Assembly: GCA_963796105.1 (NCBI GenBank)
Contig: CAWCKJ010000004.1
Location: 480,001 to 544,000, forward strand
From: a candidate division FCPU426 bacterium
Lineage (GTDB): Bacteria > Oederibacteriota > Muellerivitia > Muellerivitales > Muellerivitaceae
DNA: 64,000 nucleotides
Direction of reading: 5' to 3'
Shown here one piece after another: positions 37,543-46,943 of the stretch. Position numbers and translations under genes: made by a program. Position 1 is the first letter of the stretch, and every line of letters starts with the position of its first letter. A model generated the notes under the pieces. That model saw only the letters and a program-made list of their open reading frames with translations. It was not told the origin of the DNA and did not search any database.

Positions 37543-39463
37543 ATGGCCAATCAATCCTTCCAGCAGGCGCGGCCTCAATCACATACGCGGGGTTCATTAT
37601 TCACGAATCCCTGGTCTTGGGCCCTTTTTTTCAGCTTCATTCTACTTGTCCTATTAAGCGCGCATTACATCCAAGATCCAGAATCTCGGTTTCCACCTAA
37701 AGGGTGGCCAGTGGATCCTGCAAAACCATTGCGTCCCTACCAAAGATACTTACACCTATACGGTTCCCGACCATGATTACATTGACAGTCATTGGCTTTA
37801 CCAGGTTTTTCTTTACTCGCTTTACTGTGCCGGCAGTTATCCCATACTGACCTTATTTAACATTCTCTTGTTAATCGCGGTTTTTTCATTCGTATGGTTC
37901 CGCCTCCGGTTGACCGGGGCGCCTTTCTGGATGTCCACGCTATTATTCGCCTGGGCTATTTGGGAATGTGAAATCCGCTTCCAGGTCCGGCCTGACATCC
38001 TCAGTTGGCTGCTGATGAGCGTAATGCTTTGGATATTAGAGCAAAGAACCTTTCAAAAAAAAGACCTTCTTTTCATGCTCCCTATTATTCAAGTGCTATG
38101 GGTAAACACGGAGGGCTTATTCATCCTGGGATTAGTTCTGATGGCGGTTTATTTTTTTTCGGATCTTTTACACAAGCATCGGCCGGACAAGAAAGCCTTG
38201 CGTTATTCCTGCCTTTCAGCCTTTCTGTGCCTGGCAAACCCATATTTTTTCCAGGGGTTGTTATTCCCCTTCAATCTATGGAAAACTCTTCATTCCAATT
38301 TAATACAGCCCAATATCAGGGAATTCATGTCACCCTGGATCCGTTTTGGTTTTTCTTCCATGCCGGATTTACAGCTTTGGGGATACAAATTATTTAGTTT
38401 ATTCCTGTTTATCACGCTGTTAATGACCCTCAAAAAAAGAAAAACCCACGAGTTCCTCACGGCTTTTATTTTCTTTATTTTATCCGCGACAGCTGTCCGG
38501 AACATCCCTCTTTTCATACTTACCTGCGCGCCAATTCTAATGAATTGTTGGAAAGATTTGGAATGGGCCTGGATAAGGGACTTCCAAAATAAAACATTAT
38601 CAAAGGCATGGGCCGGGTTATGTTTTTTGGGCTTGATAATCGTTTTATGCGCGAGGGTTGTCACGAATGCATATTACTTGGATGACCTCAGGCCGCCCCG
38701 CTTTGGAATCGGGATCAATGACGAAGACCAGCCCGTTCAGGCAACTTGTTTCCTGGCCGCGAACCATTTAAACGGGAGGATCCTAAATTCATTGAATACC
38801 GGAGGTTGGCTGGACTGGGATGGGCCCTCAAAAACATTCATCGACGGACGCCTGGAGGTGATGGGGGAAAGTTTATTTTCCGAGTTCATCTCGTCTGAAT
38901 ATCCCGGAAAGGTGGCGTCATTGGCCGACAAATACGCCGCCGACATCATTTTTTTCAAGACATCGGATTGCATGCAATGGGTTTTCGACCTTCAAAACAA
39001 CACCAATTGGCGGGCGGTTTACATGGATGGCGAATACGTGATTTACCTCAGGAAAAACTACGCGCCCTTGGTGGAAGCTTTGGACGACGCCCGGATCATG
39101 GCTGAAAACAAATTACAGCCCCTGGACGCGAATCAAGTCTTTGACCTATTGCGCTTGCCCGTTCCTGCCTCCGGGAGCTTGTTTTTAAGAGGCTTTTACG
39201 CGCCGGCGGATTATCCCGAGAGGCTTGTCAACATGGGGACTTTCTATTTCGTGTGCAATCATCCAAAAGCCGGCGAGGCGTTTTTCCTGGAAGCCATCCG
39301 CCGCTCGGGTGGTATTTACTCAAATGTTTATTACTTACTCGGCGTCTGTTATTACCAATATAAACGCTTCGAGGAGTCCCGGTTCTGCCTGGAGAAAGTC
39401 ATAAAAATGGATCCGACCAACCCGTTGGCCCGCCAGCTTCTCGGAAAACTTCACCCCGGATAA
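37543..39463 (+). pseudogene. Frameshifted GT-C-like membrane/TPR protein, paralog of 44994-46907
   Basis: An extra A at 37682-37683 (GAAT for GAT). Removing it restores DPDLGFHLKGGQWILQNH and a 639-aa ORF. Could be a sequencing error. Confidence 0.82.
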
Positions 39464-39615
39464 ACGCCATAACATTCAGGAATTTTTCCACCTTCCCATG
39501 GCCAAAAATTCAACGGATGAATTGAATTTCCGTAAAAGGGGTCAGTCATTAATTAATAAGGGAGAAGACCCATACTTTAGAAAATAATTCCTATTTTGAG
39601 CGGAGAATAATTGCC

Positions 39616-40185
39616 ATGCCTCTATCAATACCAGCGCTTCTAATCATTGATGTGCAAAAAGCCATTGACCATCCGAGTTGGGGGCACAGAAATAATCCCG
39701 AAGCCGAATCGCAGATAAGCGGGCTTTTGGCAGCTTGGCGCAAAGCTAATGGCCCGGTAATTCACATCCGTCATTTCTCCAGCAACCCAAAATCAACCTA
39801 TAGACCCGGTCAGGAAGGCTGTGAATTCAAGGAACTGGTACTTCCAATGTCGGGAGAACTGATCATTACGAAGAGTGTTCAAAACGCGTTTATCGGAACT
39901 GACTTGGATACGTTTCTTCGTTCGCGGCAAATTTCAAGCCTTGTCATATGCGGTGTTATCACCAATAACTCGGTAGAAACGACTGCGCGCATGGCTGGCA
40001 ATCTTGGATATGAGACTTATGTCGTAGCTGACGCAACCGCCACATTTGACAAAATCGACTTCAATGGACAGCTTCGATCCGCCGATGATGTGCACGCCAT
40101 GTCACTAGCAAACCTTCGCGGAGAATACGCCACTATTCTTTCTTGCGCACAATTGTTGGAACGTTTTAGGTTAATCCCCTCATAA
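39616..40185 (+). CDS. Isochorismatase-like cysteine hydrolase family protein
   Basis: ALLIIDVQ, VIHIRH, K...NAF.GTDL and TNNSVETTARMAGNLG motifs. Confidence 0.92.
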   Translation: MPLSIPALLIIDVQKAIDHPSWGHRNNPEAESQISGLLAAWRKANGPVIHIRHFSSNPKSTYRPGQEGCEFKELVLPMSGELIITKSVQNAFIGTDLDTFLRSRQISSLVICGVITNNSVETTARMAGNLGYETYVVADATATFDKIDFNGQLRSADDVHAMSLANLRGEYATILSCAQLLERFRLIPS

Positions 40186-40303
40186 AAACCGAAAACGGGT
40201 GCGAAAAGCCATCTTTAGGCGTTATTTGCCGATTTCTGACCCTTTTCCTGAAATGAGTCCACAATGGGGGAGGTGGTAAGAGGGATTTAAAAGGTGGCTA
40301 GTC

Positions 40304-40726
40304 ATGGCAACGGTATGGGCGTTTTTTCTTTCTTTGGTTGCGATGGTCGGCTCGTTTATCGGCTGGGTTTTCCTGAACATGCAAAAACTTTATAAAAAAG
40401 AGAACATCGAGAGGGCCCAGAAATTTTACGAGGAAGGCGAGGCCCACTTCGCGAAAAAGAACTACAAGGACGCCAAGTGGAATTACGCTTTGGTCAGCGA
40501 GTTTTACGGCAAGCCCCATACAAACTGGCTGGACCTGTCGGTTGAGAAAGAGTGGATCTGCCGGGCCTACCTGAACGAATGGGCACCCTCCAAGGGGCCT
40601 TCCTATGAGGATATCAGACTGACTCAGCCTAAGCTCTACGCGAAATACAAGCCCACCCTCGACCAAGTCACTCCGGTTATGCCCGTCAAAAAACCAAAAA
40701 AGAAAAATGACCGCCGCCGGAAATAA
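40304..40726 (+). CDS. Hypothetical membrane-anchored protein with one TPR-like hairpin
   Basis: N-terminal TM segment, AQKFYEEGEAHFAKKNYKDA, and a basic tail. Confidence 0.7.
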   Translation: MATVWAFFLSLVAMVGSFIGWVFLNMQKLYKKENIERAQKFYEEGEAHFAKKNYKDAKWNYALVSEFYGKPHTNWLDLSVEKEWICRAYLNEWAPSKGPSYEDIRLTQPKLYAKYKPTLDQVTPVMPVKKPKKKNDRRRK

Positions 40727-40734
40727 AGTCGTGA

Positions 40735-41025
40735 CACAACTTTATCAAATTTTTTGGAAGTTGGTTCTTCCCCCCTCTGAAAGAGGGGGATTAAGAGGAA
40801 GTTAGATTTGTTTCGGGGTTTAGCAACAACTAATACCCCCCTATCCCCCTTTTTCAAAGGGACTTATTTACTTCACTCCCGAAAGGACGATATGCCCGCA
40901 AATAAACAAAAAACGCCTGAAAAAAAGAAGGCAAAAGAAGGAAAAGGGAGTTAACTATATAAGCCCCTTTTCAAAGGGGGGGATAGTTATCTAAAGCATT
41001 CCTTTCGGAATTTGCCAAAGTTGAG
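40735..41025. repeat. REP/MITE-like element with CCCCCTTT..AAAGGGGG hairpins
   Basis: Hairpins at 40771, 40845 and 40964 inside the imperfect outer IR CACAACTTTATCAAATT / AATTTGCCAAAGTTGAG. Confidence 0.65.
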
Positions 41026-41108
41026 TTCGTGAGTAGTTTTTATATCCCCAAACGAAGTGGGGATAAGGTTAAAATCGGATTCTTGAACACCCCCTTTGGA
41101 GAATCCGC

Positions 41109-43196
41109 TTGGTCTATTCGAAAAAACTTCTGATTGGTCCCCTGCTATTCCTGACCGCCTTTGAGTTCGCCTTGCTGGGGCTCAATCCAACCTTTTACGC
41201 GGATGACAGCCCCGAAATCATCACCGTCGCCGCCGCCTTGGGCGTGCCCCACCCGCCCGGTTATCCCCTCTATATGTTGTTGGGCCGGCTGATGTCGTTA
41301 CTCCCCCTTCCCCTCTGTTTCAGCGTCAACCTGCTTTCCGCCCTCTTGGGCTCGCTCATTTGCCTTCTTGTCTTTTTCTTGTTGAACAAAAGATTTGAGG
41401 TTCCCGCTTTCATCAGCGCGCCCTTCGCGTTCCTCTGGATGGCTGGATTGTCCTCCTACCCTTCCGCCCTGAGCGCCAAGAGAGGCATTTATGAGCTCGC
41501 GGGGGTTTTCGTCCTGGCCATTCTGGCGAGCCTGTTGGACGGGCGCCTGAAACTGGCGGCCTTCCTATACGGCCTTTCCCTGGGGGGCCATTGGATGACC
41601 ATGTCCGTTTATGGGCCGGGCCTGTTGGTCCTGGCCTATGTAGAGTCCCGGAAAAAACCTTGGAACCCCCGCCATCTGATTAAGCCTGCCTTGTTCTTCC
41701 TGATGGGTTTATCCCTATATCTTTACCTTCCCTTGCGGGCGGTGAATGAACCGGTAGTGAATTGGGGTTATCCCGCCCATTGGGACCCTTTTCTCAAGCA
41801 TCTCACCCGCTATGTGGACAAGGGGCGGGATTTCACCACGGACGCGGGCCAATGGTTCCAAACCTTGGGGCTTTACCTCCGAATGGCTTTTTCCGAATTC
41901 TTTGGCCTGGGATTGCTGGCCTTGGCGGGTTTGGTTTTTGAATGGAGGAAAAACCGCTGGAGGGCTTTGGGTCTGTTGTTGACTTGGGTAGGGCTGGTTG
42001 CCTCCATCAGTATCTTCTCCAAATATTCTGGTAAAAGGCCCCCGCTTCTGGAGGATTATTCCGTTTCGTCCTGGGTTTTAGTCGCTCTTTTATCGGGCCT
42101 CGGAGCCTGGGGAATAATCGGTTTCCGCGAAAAGTGGCGGGTCCGCGCCACAGCGCTCGGCGCTGTACTCTTAGCCCTTTCCCTCGTTGGGGTAGGCTAC
42201 CGCGTCGCGAACAACAGCCAGGCCCACTACACCTGCGTTTATGATTATGCCCTCAATTCTTTCAAGTCCCTGCCGTCTAACGCCTTGTTCTTTTGCGCGG
42301 GGGACGAACTGCAATTCCCCAGCTGGTATTTCCAATTCGTGAAAGGCGTGAGGCCCGACCTTTGCGTGGCAGGGTCCAGTTTGAGTATGGATTGGAACCG
42401 CATCCAACTGGCCCGCCTCCATCCGGGCTTGAATGTTCCTTACCCCCGGCACGACCCAAGCAAGGTCTATGACTTCGATCCTTTCATTCCCTGGATGATT
42501 CAGAACAACCCCCAACGCCGTTTCTATTTCACCTTCCCGCCCTCGGACGCGGGTCTGGGTGACTTAGTCCTGGCCCCACTGGGCCTTGCCCAAGAAGGCG
42601 CCCCGCCCCCAAGAAAACCCCTTTTCGAGGAAAACACCAACGATTCATTCTGGGCGAAAGCGCGCTTGAGACATTTGAACCCGCCCTATTCCTCGGTTGA
42701 TCTTCGCTCTTGGAATACCCTACTGGAGGACTACGGGGGCAAGCGCCAGCAATTGGCCCTCCATGAAATGAACCAAGGTGTTCTCCTGGAATCCTCAATC
42801 TCTTCCAGGAAGCAAGCCGGAGAATGGTACGGGAAAAGCCTGGCCAACCTGATGGCGATTCAGGATTGGAACCCCGAAAGTTCCCAAAACGTCATTGACC
42901 GGGGACCCAACTACATGGGCTTGGGGCCCCTATTGCACGCGGTGGTATTCCACCAGAGTGTTCTTTTGGACATCGGAGTCGATTATTTTCACTTAGGGGA
43001 CCTGGACCAGGCGGGGCTCTGGATTCAAAGGGCCTCCCTCTCGGTGCCTAATGACGCGGATCATTATTACTACGCGGGGCTGATGTCCTACCAGGCGAAC
43101 AATTACCCGGATTCCAGGAAATGGCTTCAAAAGACCCTTCAGGCCGATCCCAGCTACACCAGGGCCAACCAACTTCTGCAATACTTGAACCGATAA
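41109..43196 (+). CDS. DUF2723 (TMEM260-like) membrane glycosyltransferase with C-terminal TPR
   Basis: DDSPEIITVAAALGVPHPPGYPLY, YLYLPLRA...VNWG and GDELQFPSWYFQ.V.G.RPDL motifs. Confidence 0.88.
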   Translation: MVYSKKLLIGPLLFLTAFEFALLGLNPTFYADDSPEIITVAAALGVPHPPGYPLYMLLGRLMSLLPLPLCFSVNLLSALLGSLICLLVFFLLNKRFEVPAFISAPFAFLWMAGLSSYPSALSAKRGIYELAGVFVLAILASLLDGRLKLAAFLYGLSLGGHWMTMSVYGPGLLVLAYVESRKKPWNPRHLIKPALFFLMGLSLYLYLPLRAVNEPVVNWGYPAHWDPFLKHLTRYVDKGRDFTTDAGQWFQTLGLYLRMAFSEFFGLGLLALAGLVFEWRKNRWRALGLLLTWVGLVASISIFSKYSGKRPPLLEDYSVSSWVLVALLSGLGAWGIIGFREKWRVRATALGAVLLALSLVGVGYRVANNSQAHYTCVYDYALNSFKSLPSNALFFCAGDELQFPSWYFQFVKGVRPDLCVAGSSLSMDWNRIQLARLHPGLNVPYPRHDPSKVYDFDPFIPWMIQNNPQRRFYFTFPPSDAGLGDLVLAPLGLAQEGAPPPRKPLFEENTNDSFWAKARLRHLNPPYSSVDLRSWNTLLEDYGGKRQQLALHEMNQGVLLESSISSRKQAGEWYGKSLANLMAIQDWNPESSQNVIDRGPNYMGLGPLLHAVVFHQSVLLDIGVDYFHLGDLDQAGLWIQRASLSVPNDADHYYYAGLMSYQANNYPDSRKWLQKTLQADPSYTRANQLLQYLNR

Positions 43197-43303
43197 TTCA
43201 AGGACAGCCATTCAAGCCTACTGGTTTGCTCCATCGGATTTTTCAGAAGCCAAATAAGGAATACTGTGTTTGCCGGTCCTTAAAACACGATTCCCTGAAG
43301 CCC

Positions 43304-43333
43304 GAAACTTTCAACCGGTGTATGACGTCTAAT
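43304..43333 (+). promoter_or_regulatory. Putative ECF-sigma promoter
   Basis: GAAAC-N17-CGTCTAAT upstream of the ORF at 43371. Confidence 0.55.
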
Positions 43334-43370
43334 GATGTGACGCCGTAAATAACGCTGGAGGGGTCTGAAA

Positions 43371-44003
43371 ATGAATAAAACATGGTTGGTGTTGGGAATT
43401 TTATCCGCCTTTTGGGGGGCCTTCCTCCGTCCGGCCCAGGCCCAGGTCCAGGTGGGCATTTCCGTGGGAGGCGGCGGCGACAGCTTCCACTTGGCCATCG
43501 GCAATTATTACCACGCCCCTCCCGATCAAGTGGCGGTCTGTACCCAAAGGCATATTCCCGACGAGGAAATGCCGGTGGTCTTTTTCATCGCCGGACAGGC
43601 CCGCGTGGCGCCTGGGGTCGTCGTCGACCTCCGGTCCCAGGGAATGCCCTGGTTTGAGATTGTCCGCCACTTCCGCTTGAGCCCGAGGATTTTCTACGTG
43701 CCCATGCGCGGCCCCGTGGTAGGAACCCCCTATGAGCGCTTTTACGCCTACTACAACAGACGGGGGGCCCGGGTCCGCCTGATGGACTCGGATTTCGTGA
43801 ACATGGTGAACCTGCGCTTCGCCTCCGAGTATTACCACCGCACACCGGAGGAGATCGTCCGAATGAGGGCCGGGGGGCACAATTACGCCTATATCCACAA
43901 CCAATACCGCGCCCAGCCCGCGAATCAACAACCGCACCATTTCAACAGGCGGGACGATCGCAGGGATGACCGCCGCGATGACCGCAGGGACAACGGTTAT
44001 TGA
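43371..44003 (+). CDS. Secreted hypothetical protein with C-terminal RRDD repeats
   Basis: GGAGG RBS, signal peptide (AQA), and a tail of tandem RRDD units. Confidence 0.8.
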   Translation: MNKTWLVLGILSAFWGAFLRPAQAQVQVGISVGGGGDSFHLAIGNYYHAPPDQVAVCTQRHIPDEEMPVVFFIAGQARVAPGVVVDLRSQGMPWFEIVRHFRLSPRIFYVPMRGPVVGTPYERFYAYYNRRGARVRLMDSDFVNMVNLRFASEYYHRTPEEIVRMRAGGHNYAYIHNQYRAQPANQQPHHFNRRDDRRDDRRDDRRDNGY

Positions 44004-44080
44004 GGTTTCAAAAAGCCGATCTTCTTCTCCCGATTATCAAAAAGTAGGATAATGCCCTTGTCTCTAATTGAGGAGGTAGT

Positions 44081-44971
44081 TTGAAATTTTTTGGGTTTTT
44101 ATCCTTATCCTTATTCCTGGGCGCCGTTAACAACCTTTGGGCGGTCCCCGTGACCGTCGAGAACATCAACTACAAGGTCACGCTCTCCGAGACCCTGCCG
44201 GGCCTGGACGACCAGATTGTCGCCCAAGCCGGACCCACCATCAACGTGACGATCCTGGATAAAATGCGCAACACCAGGATGATCTATCCCCTTCCGGCCT
44301 ACGCCGTCCATTATTACTTCCTTCGGGACGAGGCCTTGGACCTGGTTTGCCGCACCACCCTCCGGGGGGCCGAGGGTGGCCCGCGCTACACCTTCCTCCA
44401 GTTGAATCTTTCCAACGAGCAGGATTCCGGCCAGTTCCAAAACCTGAAGCGTTTTTTCTTCTCCCCCGACGGCCAGTTTCTCCTGGCGGTCCTGGATGGC
44501 TCCGGGGCGCCGGACCCTATCGTCCTCATGCGCCTCCAGGAATCGCCTATCAAGGTCGGATGGCTCTATTCAAGCAAGAACAGTGTCAATTATTTCGGGC
44601 GGGCCCTTCCAGCCATGGCCCAGGATGTTTTCTTGAACGATGCCGTGGGTTGGTCGGCTGATTCCTCCACCGCGGCTTTCGTGCTTTCCGCCCCCGACGG
44701 GACGAAGGACGCCCAAGGCCAGCCGGTCCTGAGGGATTTCCTGGCATGCCTGCGTTTGAGCGGGGAGGGTTTCCGGGTGTCGGCCCAGCCTTTGGACCTT
44801 TCTTCTTACCATTACCACCACGGTTCCGTGATCACGGACATCAAATGCGACGGGGGAAAAGCCACCCTTTTATTCGTCCAGAGCGACTCCTCGCAGAACC
44901 TGACGGCTGAGTTTCCCCTCCCGCCCGATACCCCCGCCCAGGAGAAACCCGCCCCGACCCCGGCGCCTTGA
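44081..44971 (+). CDS. Exported beta-rich hypothetical protein
   Basis: GAGGAGG RBS, signal peptide, FSPDG/WSADS propeller-like turns and a Pro/Thr tail. Confidence 0.75.
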   Translation: MKFFGFLSLSLFLGAVNNLWAVPVTVENINYKVTLSETLPGLDDQIVAQAGPTINVTILDKMRNTRMIYPLPAYAVHYYFLRDEALDLVCRTTLRGAEGGPRYTFLQLNLSNEQDSGQFQNLKRFFFSPDGQFLLAVLDGSGAPDPIVLMRLQESPIKVGWLYSSKNSVNYFGRALPAMAQDVFLNDAVGWSADSSTAAFVLSAPDGTKDAQGQPVLRDFLACLRLSGEGFRVSAQPLDLSSYHYHHGSVITDIKCDGGKATLLFVQSDSSQNLTAEFPLPPDTPAQEKPAPTPAP

Positions 44972-44993
44972 GATCAGGGTAATCCAAGCCTTA

Positions 44994-46907
44994 TCAAGGG
45001 AGACTATTGAGCACCTGTAGCGCCACGGGATTGGAAGGATTGTCCTCCAGCACCCGCTTCATGCAAAGCCGGGCCTCGTCATATCGTTTGGTCGAGTTAT
45101 ATAAAAGCCCCAGGCTGTAATAGAGTTCGCCATACCTTCCTTCGGACCGCCGTATGGCCTCCAGCAAGAACGCCTCTCCAGCTTTCAAATGCCCCTCCAG
45201 CAACAGGAAAGACCCGGTCCAAAAAATCCCGGTGGGAATATCGGCGCTCCTGTAAAAGCCCTCAAAAAAGGATTTCCAGGCCGTGACCCCGGGGAGCCGC
45301 AATAATTCCGGAGACTGGTTGAATATGTCCGCCGGCACCTCCCTTTCCTCCAGGAACTTGGCGTCTTCCTGTTCCGGCACCCAGGAGGCGTAGCCTCTAC
45401 GGAGATAAATCGCGGTAAAGCCGTCCAGGTAAACCCGCCGCCAATTGCGGTTGTTCGGAAGGTCCGCGATCCAGTGGGTGAAGAGGCTGGGATTGATGAA
45501 AAGGATGTCGGCCTGGTATTGGTTCGCCAGGGGGTCCAAGCCCCCGGGATTCTGGGACACAAGGTACTCGCCGAAGAGCTGGTCCCCCATGACTTCCAGG
45601 CGCCCGTCCATGAATACTTTCTGGGGTCCCTTCCAGTCCAGCCACCCGCCGGAATTCAAGGTGTTCAAGATCCTGCCGTCCAGGCGGTTCTTCGCCAGGA
45701 ATTCCGCGGCTCTCACCGGCTGGCTGTTGTCGTTCACCCCGAGGCCAAACCGCTCGGATCTCCTGGAGTCGGCGTAATAAGCTCCTGTGACGATCCTCAA
45801 GCCGAAAGCCAGGATTAGCAGAGTGAAAACCCCCGCAGCCCAGGGAGAGGAAAGGAATTTTTCCTGGAATTTCCGAAGCCCTGTCCATTGAAGGTCATTC
45901 CAACAGGCCGCGGCGGCCGGCAGGCTGGCGAGCATGAATAGGGGAATGTTCCGGTTGGCCATGGCGGAAAGGACAAAGAAAACCGACGCAAGGAACAGCT
46001 CATGGGCCTTCCTTTTCTTGAAGGTTGCCAGGAGCAGGAACAGCAGGAAAAAACTGTAAATCTTGTAAACAAGGACGGGCCCCCCGGGGAGGGGGGAGTT
46101 CTGGGCCGAGACCCAGGGGGATACAAGCTCGCGGATATTGGGGCGGAAAAGTTCCGAGTTGAGGATTTTCCAATTGGAGAAGGGATAAATCGCCCCCTTG
46201 AGGAAATAGGGATTGACCAAACAAACAACCAGAGCCAGGGCGCTCCATTTCAGCATCTTCCGGTCGATCCGTCCTTCATGGATCACGCTGGAAATCAGGA
46301 ACAAGCCCATCACTCCCCATCCCAGGACGAAAAGGCCCTCGACGTTACCCCAGAGGATTTGGATCAAGGGCAGGAGAAACAACCAGTTCCGCCGCTTCGC
46401 CTCCTTTTGCTCCAGCACCCAAATCATGAGGCCTAAAAACACCCAGCTGAGTATTTCAGGCCTGACTTGGAAGCGGATCTCGGAAATCCACGCTGCCGCG
46501 CCCATCAACAGGACGCCCATCCAGGAGGAGGTCCCATTTGACCTTACGCGGAACCAAGCCAGGCCGAAGGCCGTCAGGATCAGGATGATGTTGCAGAGGG
46601 ACAGGAAGGAATAACCCCCGGCCAGGTATGCCAGGTAAAGCAGGACCTGGTAAAACCAATGGATATCCAGGTACTCGTGGTCCGGAACGCTGTAGGTATA
46701 GGCGTCTTTTAAGGGCACCCAATGGTTCTGGAGAATCCATTGGCCTCCCCTCAGGTGAAAACCCAGGTCCAGGTCCGTGATGAACCGGGCCGCCAAAAGG
46801 GCGGTTAAAAGGAAACAGGAAAGAAGGGGCCAGAACCAGGGATCGGGGAAAACACTCCGTTTGGAAGAGGCTTCACTGGCGGGCGCTTGGGCTGGATTTG
46901 AAAGCAT
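44994..46907 (-). CDS. GT-C-like polytopic membrane protein with C-terminal TPR
   Basis: DLDLGFHLRGGQWI, QVRPE, NPY, IRELVSP and FMDGRLE motifs; TPR at the C-terminus. Confidence 0.82.
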   Translation of the reverse strand: MLSNPAQAPASEASSKRSVFPDPWFWPLLSCFLLTALLAARFITDLDLGFHLRGGQWILQNHWVPLKDAYTYSVPDHEYLDIHWFYQVLLYLAYLAGGYSFLSLCNIILILTAFGLAWFRVRSNGTSSWMGVLLMGAAAWISEIRFQVRPEILSWVFLGLMIWVLEQKEAKRRNWLFLLPLIQILWGNVEGLFVLGWGVMGLFLISSVIHEGRIDRKMLKWSALALVVCLVNPYFLKGAIYPFSNWKILNSELFRPNIRELVSPWVSAQNSPLPGGPVLVYKIYSFFLLFLLLATFKKRKAHELFLASVFFVLSAMANRNIPLFMLASLPAAAACWNDLQWTGLRKFQEKFLSSPWAAGVFTLLILAFGLRIVTGAYYADSRRSERFGLGVNDNSQPVRAAEFLAKNRLDGRILNTLNSGGWLDWKGPQKVFMDGRLEVMGDQLFGEYLVSQNPGGLDPLANQYQADILFINPSLFTHWIADLPNNRNWRRVYLDGFTAIYLRRGYASWVPEQEDAKFLEEREVPADIFNQSPELLRLPGVTAWKSFFEGFYRSADIPTGIFWTGSFLLLEGHLKAGEAFLLEAIRRSEGRYGELYYSLGLLYNSTKRYDEARLCMKRVLEDNPSNPVALQVLNSLP

Positions 46908-46943
46908 GTGAAGGATTATACCAAACAGTCCATCGGTTGCTTC

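Noticed and set aside
39540..40230. Isochorismatase gene as an integron cassette
   Set aside because: Codon style differs from neighbours, but no convincing attC (RYYYAAC...GTTRRRY) or intI was found.
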